Assembly (NCBI GenBank): GCA_964633865.1
Contig: CAZWIJ010000001.1
Coordinates: 2,352-66,351 of the forward strand
Reading direction: 5' to 3'
Length of the DNA: 64,000 nucleotides
Source of the DNA: an uncultured Candidatus Saccharibacteria bacterium
GTDB lineage: Bacteria; Patescibacteriota; Minisyncoccia; SW-4-49-11
The stretch's first letter is position 1. Each line of letters opens with the position of its first letter. A program made the translations under genes and the position numbers. The notes beneath the pieces were generated by a model that saw only the letters and a list, made by a program, of their open reading frames with translations, had not been told where the DNA came from and made no database searches. Below are positions 60,343 through 64,000 of this stretch, piece by piece.

Positions 60343-61857
60343 ATGGCATATAACAATTCTAAACCCTCTTTTAACAGAGGTTCATTTAATAGTAATTCTA
60401 GATCTAACAGTAGTGGATTTGGAGGAAGAAGACCATCAAGAGGTGGTAGAGGAGGAAGATTTAAAAAATACATTGATCCAGCTTTATTCGTAAAAGTTGC
60501 TGATATCAAAGAAGATGTAGTTATTGAAGAAAACAATATCAAATTTACAGATTTAAACCTAAATCCAATTATAATCGAGGCCCTAAAAGAAAAAGGTTAT
60601 GAAAAACCTACTCCTATTCAAGCAAAAGCAATTCCTCATATATTAGAAGGAAAAGATGTTATTGGACTTGCTGATACAGGTACAGGTAAGACTATGGCTT
60701 TCTTATTACCTTTATTAGATGCTACTTTGAAAGAAAATAAAACTAAAACATTGATTTTAGCTCCTACAAGAGAATTAGCTTTACAGATTGAGCAAGAGCT
60801 CAGATCTATCTTAAACTATTCTATGAAAATATTTGTTACTTCTTGTATAGGAGGTACAAATATTAGAAAGCAAATGTTCCAATTAAATAGATATAATCAA
60901 TTTGTGATAGCAACTCCAGGAAGATTACAAGATTTAGTAGATAGAAAAGCTATTAATTTATCTGAGTATAAGCATGTTGTTTTGGATGAGGTTGATAGAA
61001 TGCTTGATATGGGATTCATAAATGAAATCAAAGCTATCTTAAGTATGTTACCAGAAAAAAGACAATCTTTATTTTTCTCAGCAACAACAGAAGGTAAAAC
61101 ACAAGATTTAATGAAACAGTTTTTGAAAGATCCTGTTACTATTGAGATCTCTAAAAATACTTCAAGTGAAAATGTTCACCAAGACATTGTTAAAGTGCTA
61201 GATAATGAAGTAAAGTTAGATAAATTGATTGATATTCTAAACCAAGAAGTAGTTGCTAAAGCTCTTATCTTCTGTGGGACAAAAATGGCAGTAGACAGAC
61301 TATGGAAAAATTTGAAAGAAAGTGGATTTTCTGTAGAATCAATGCATGGAGATAAAACACAAATGCATAGACAAGTTGCTTTGAAAAAATTTAAATCAGG
61401 TGAAGCCTGGATTATGATTGGAACAGATGTAGCTGCAAGAGGAATTGATGTTAAGGATATTACTCATGTTATTAATTATGAAACACCACAAACTTATGAA
61501 GATTATATTCATAGAGTAGGTAGAGCTGGTAGAGGAGGAAATATTGGATGGGCTTTAACTTTCATTGATGATGCTGTAAAAAAAGGTTATGAGCAAGATA
61601 GAAAATCAGAACCAAAATATGGAAGATCTTCTAGTCAAGGTTCATATTCTGGAAGAAGATCTTCTAGTGGGGGAGAAAGAGGATATTCTTCATATGATAA
61701 AAACCCATCTACTAAAGAAGGTTCTTCATCTGACAGAAAACCTTATAGTCAAGGTGGATACTCTAACGATAAAAAACCTTATAACAAAAATTCTTCTTAT
61801 AAATCTAATAGATCAGGATCTACTTCAAACTCAAGTTATAGAAGATCTGCTAAATAA
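60343..61857 (+). CDS. DEAD-box RNA helicase (DEVD; RhlE/CshA-like); start revised to ATG 60343
   Basis: Q motif PTPIQ, TGTGKT, PTRELA, DEVD, SAT, ARGID, HRVGRAGR; Gly/Ser/Arg-rich tails. Confidence 0.93.
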   Translation: MAYNNSKPSFNRGSFNSNSRSNSSGFGGRRPSRGGRGGRFKKYIDPALFVKVADIKEDVVIEENNIKFTDLNLNPIIIEALKEKGYEKPTPIQAKAIPHILEGKDVIGLADTGTGKTMAFLLPLLDATLKENKTKTLILAPTRELALQIEQELRSILNYSMKIFVTSCIGGTNIRKQMFQLNRYNQFVIATPGRLQDLVDRKAINLSEYKHVVLDEVDRMLDMGFINEIKAILSMLPEKRQSLFFSATTEGKTQDLMKQFLKDPVTIEISKNTSSENVHQDIVKVLDNEVKLDKLIDILNQEVVAKALIFCGTKMAVDRLWKNLKESGFSVESMHGDKTQMHRQVALKKFKSGEAWIMIGTDVAARGIDVKDITHVINYETPQTYEDYIHRVGRAGRGGNIGWALTFIDDAVKKGYEQDRKSEPKYGRSSSQGSYSGRRSSSGGERGYSSYDKNPSTKEGSSSDRKPYSQGGYSNDKKPYNKNSSYKSNRSGSTSNSSYRRSAK

Positions 61858-61872
61858 ATATTAGATAAATTT

Positions 61873-61916
61873 AGCTTAAAGATTATTTCAATTATTGAGA
61901 TTGCTTTAAGCTTTTT
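61873..61916 (+). terminator. Intrinsic terminator
   Basis: AGCTTAAAG...CTTTAAGCT followed by a T-tract. Confidence 0.6.
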
Positions 61917-61977
61917 TATTTTAATAAGTTAATATATATGTTATAATTTAGACTATATAATATAACTAATAATAAAA

Positions 61978-62844
61978 ATGTTGTCTAAATCATTTTTAAA
62001 ATCTATCTTAGATTTTTATTTAAAACCCAAATTCAATAAAGAGAATAAATTCAATCTAAAGTTTATATTACATGGGATATCTTTAGCAGGATTTATGTCT
62101 TTTTTTTCTATAATTTTAATGCAAATTGTAATTTCTAATTCTAATATGGAAATTAATAATTCTGTAGAAAATCTAGTCACATCAGACATTTCTATTTGGC
62201 AAATTTTACTATTAGTTTCTATTCTAGCTCCTCTTCTAGAAGAAACACTTTTCAGGTTATTTTTATCTGATAATAAAAAAGTTTGGTCTATATGGTTAAT
62301 TTTTCTTCCATTTTTAACATGGTATTTTTTTAGATTTGAATCACTTTTAGTTTGGATCTTGATTGGGTTAATCACAATCTTAATCTTTGTTTTATTATTG
62401 AGACCAAAAAGAGAAATTTTTATAAAAAGATATGAGATAATTTATCCTTACATTATATATCTATCAGCTCTGATTTTTGGATTGATTCATTTAGGTAATT
62501 ATCAAGGCTTATCTTTATCAGGAACATCTCTCGTATTTGTATTACCACAAATAAGTGTGGGCTTTGTTTTAGTTTTTATTAGAGTTAGATTAGGATTTTG
62601 GTTTGCAGTGTTATTTCATTTCTTATGGAATACAGCTATAGCCCTTATCTTAGTAATTTTGTTTCCAATTTTGCAAAATTTTCCTGCTGAAGAATTAGAA
62701 AAGCTTACACCAGATAATTTGCCACAAGATTTACAGATAAGACTTATTACAAGTGGTGGTTTGATGATATTATATTTTGGGTTTATTTTGATTGGAATGA
62801 TCTGGATTATATATGATTATATCAAATACAAAGATTATAAGTAA
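61978..62844 (+). CDS. CPBP family intramembrane metalloprotease
   Basis: APLLEETLFR, FGLIH, HFLWN. Confidence 0.88.
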   Translation: MLSKSFLKSILDFYLKPKFNKENKFNLKFILHGISLAGFMSFFSIILMQIVISNSNMEINNSVENLVTSDISIWQILLLVSILAPLLEETLFRLFLSDNKKVWSIWLIFLPFLTWYFFRFESLLVWILIGLITILIFVLLLRPKREIFIKRYEIIYPYIIYLSALIFGLIHLGNYQGLSLSGTSLVFVLPQISVGFVLVFIRVRLGFWFAVLFHFLWNTAIALILVILFPILQNFPAEELEKLTPDNLPQDLQIRLITSGGLMILYFGFILIGMIWIIYDYIKYKDYK

Positions 62845-62848
62845 ATAA

Positions 62849-62880
62849 AAAAGTGTACTATATTATTTCAGTACACTTTT
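62849..62880. terminator. Bidirectional terminator
   Basis: AAAAGTGTACT...AGTACACTTTT. Confidence 0.65.
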
Positions 62881-62886
62881 TTAATA

Positions 62887-63309
62887 TTAATCTTTTTTAA
62901 GAGAAATAATCTTTTTATTAGAATCATTTTTCAGGGTCATTTTTATTGAGATTATACCATCTTTATAATCAGCATCAAAAGATTCTTGATCTATATTATT
63001 TGGTAATTGAATAGATCTTTGGAAAGATTCTTTTTTAATTTCTCTGAAATAATATTTCTTGCTTTTATCTTCTTCGTGGACTTCTTTTGAGGTATTCCCT
63101 TCAATAGTTAAAATACCATTGTCTAAGCTGATTTGTATATCATCTTGATTAAAGCCTGGAGCTTCAATTTTGACGAACAAATCATCTCCTTCTTGATACA
63201 TATTTAAGTCTCCATTAACTCTGGTTTTAGATAACTCTGGGATAAAATCATCAAAAATAGAGTTAAATAATGGAGAACTAAATCTTGTAGGTAAGTTTCT
63301 ATATTTCAT
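62887..63309 (-). CDS. Small heat shock protein Hsp20
   Basis: Alpha-crystallin domain: EAPG, LTIEG, FQRSIQLP, ADYKDGII, C-terminal IxL. Confidence 0.92.
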   Translation of the reverse strand: MKYRNLPTRFSSPLFNSIFDDFIPELSKTRVNGDLNMYQEGDDLFVKIEAPGFNQDDIQISLDNGILTIEGNTSKEVHEEDKSKKYYFREIKKESFQRSIQLPNNIDQESFDADYKDGIISIKMTLKNDSNKKIISLKKD

Positions 63310-63400
63310 AGTAGTAAAAATTTAAATTAATAAATTATGTACTAAATTAATTCCAAATTTTATATATTATTTTAGTACACTATAATTATATAATAACTTT

Positions 63401-63427
63401 TTGGCAGTGTCAAGAGTTGATTGCTAA
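63401..63427. promoter_or_regulatory. CIRCE-like HrcA operator overlapping the hsp20 -35 box
   Basis: TTGGCAGTG-N9-GATTGCTAA versus consensus TTAGCACTC-N9-GAGTGCTAA; minus-strand TTGACA(63408-63413)-17-TATAAT(63385-63390). Confidence 0.7.
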
Positions 63428-63489
63428 AAATTGTATTTTATTATAAAACAATATATACTTATAATAATAAATAGCTATTTTTTAATAAT

Positions 63490-64000
63490 ATGGACAGTCA
63501 AATTAAAAAAGATATACTAAATACAGCATTAAGTAATAGGAATTTAGATAAATCTATTCAAATGCAAAATTATATGCGAAATAAGTTTAAATTCTTAGGA
63601 ATTCAAACGCCTCTTCGTAAAAGTATAATTAAGCCTTATTTAAAAAAATTTAAGCAGCTCACTTATGATGAGCAAATTTCCTTGGTAACAGATATTTTTC
63701 TAAAAGGTCAATACAGAGAGTTACAATATATAGCATTAGATTTATATGAAATAAAATCTGATTTAAAAGAAGAAGACATTAAAACTATAGAGATTCTTGC
63801 TACTAATAATAGTTGGTGGGATAGTGTAGACAGTCTTCATAATATATTAGGAAAATACTTTAAAAAATTTCCTGAAAAAAGAACGATTATAACTGAAGAA
63901 TGGATATCCTCACAAAATATCTGGCTTATTAGGCTATTAATTGATCATCAACTTAATTTCAAAGATAAGACAGATTGGGATTATCTAAAAAATATAAGTT
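63490..64000 (+). CDS. DNA alkylation repair protein (AlkD-like), partial
   Basis: Manual translation: MQNYMRNKFKFLGIQTPLRK, YRELQY, SWWDSVD, NIWLIR; runs off the window. Confidence 0.85.
   Translation, partial: MDSQIKKDILNTALSNRNLDKSIQMQNYMRNKFKFLGIQTPLRKSIIKPYLKKFKQLTYDEQISLVTDIFLKGQYRELQYIALDLYEIKSDLKEEDIKTIEILATNNSWWDSVDSLHNILGKYFKKFPEKRTIITEEWISSQNIWLIRLLIDHQLNFKDKTDWDYLKNIS

Noticed and set aside
60194-60493. 99-aa ORF overlapping the helicase promoter and N-terminus, and the similar ORF 61589..61864
   Set aside because: These are alternative-frame readings of the regulatory region and the low-complexity Gly/Ser/Arg tails; there is no evidence of frameshifting.
1912-62375. Many short antisense or nested ORFs in the track (e.g. 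1912, 6473, 6831, 16958, 17846, 20660, 26190, 28997, 29585, 30242, 31773, 38547, 49200, 62016)
   Set aside because: They lie within or across well-supported genes and lack motifs or start signals; they are typical shadow ORFs.
61978-62844. CPBP/'Abi' protease as an anti-phage abortive infection gene
   Set aside because: The family name is historical; this is an ordinary intramembrane protease with no defence context here.
1-64000. Alternative genetic code 25 (Gracilibacteria/Absconditabacteria)
   Set aside because: Core genes are full length under code 11 and use GGN for Gly; TGA ends ORFs at 24793, 28068 and 54752.

Overview
Very AT-rich bacterial chromosome segment using the standard code (TGA acts as stop). 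Gene content fits a Patescibacteria/CPR organism by inference: tandem VirB2/TrbC-like pilins, sortase, VanW, archaeal-type PyrH, ADP-forming acetate-CoA ligase, and no respiratory genes. Core genes (leuS, ndk, rmuC, rodA, uvrC, cysS, znuABC, frr, rseP, argS, dnaB, recR, a DEAD-box helicase, hsp20) are interleaved with accessory modules. Most notable: (1) a four-gene island after recR encoding a Pol-beta-type nucleotidyltransferase, an alpha/beta hydrolase, a methionyl-tRNA-synthetase-like protein lacking HIGH/KMSKS and the anticodon domain, and a convergent NUDIX; (2) a probable Na+-type V/A-ATPase operon with two matched structured RNA spacers in front of subunits K and A; (3) a GT2 glucan synthase + HlyD-like + GH81 beta-1,3-glucanase operon; (4) self-contained orphan genes with their own sigma70 promoters, often SD sites, boxA-like motifs and repeated terminators; (5) a four-pilin array with Cys-rich variable domains. 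No tRNA, rRNA, CRISPR array, integrase or transposase was recognised. All calls come from motif recognition, not database searches.
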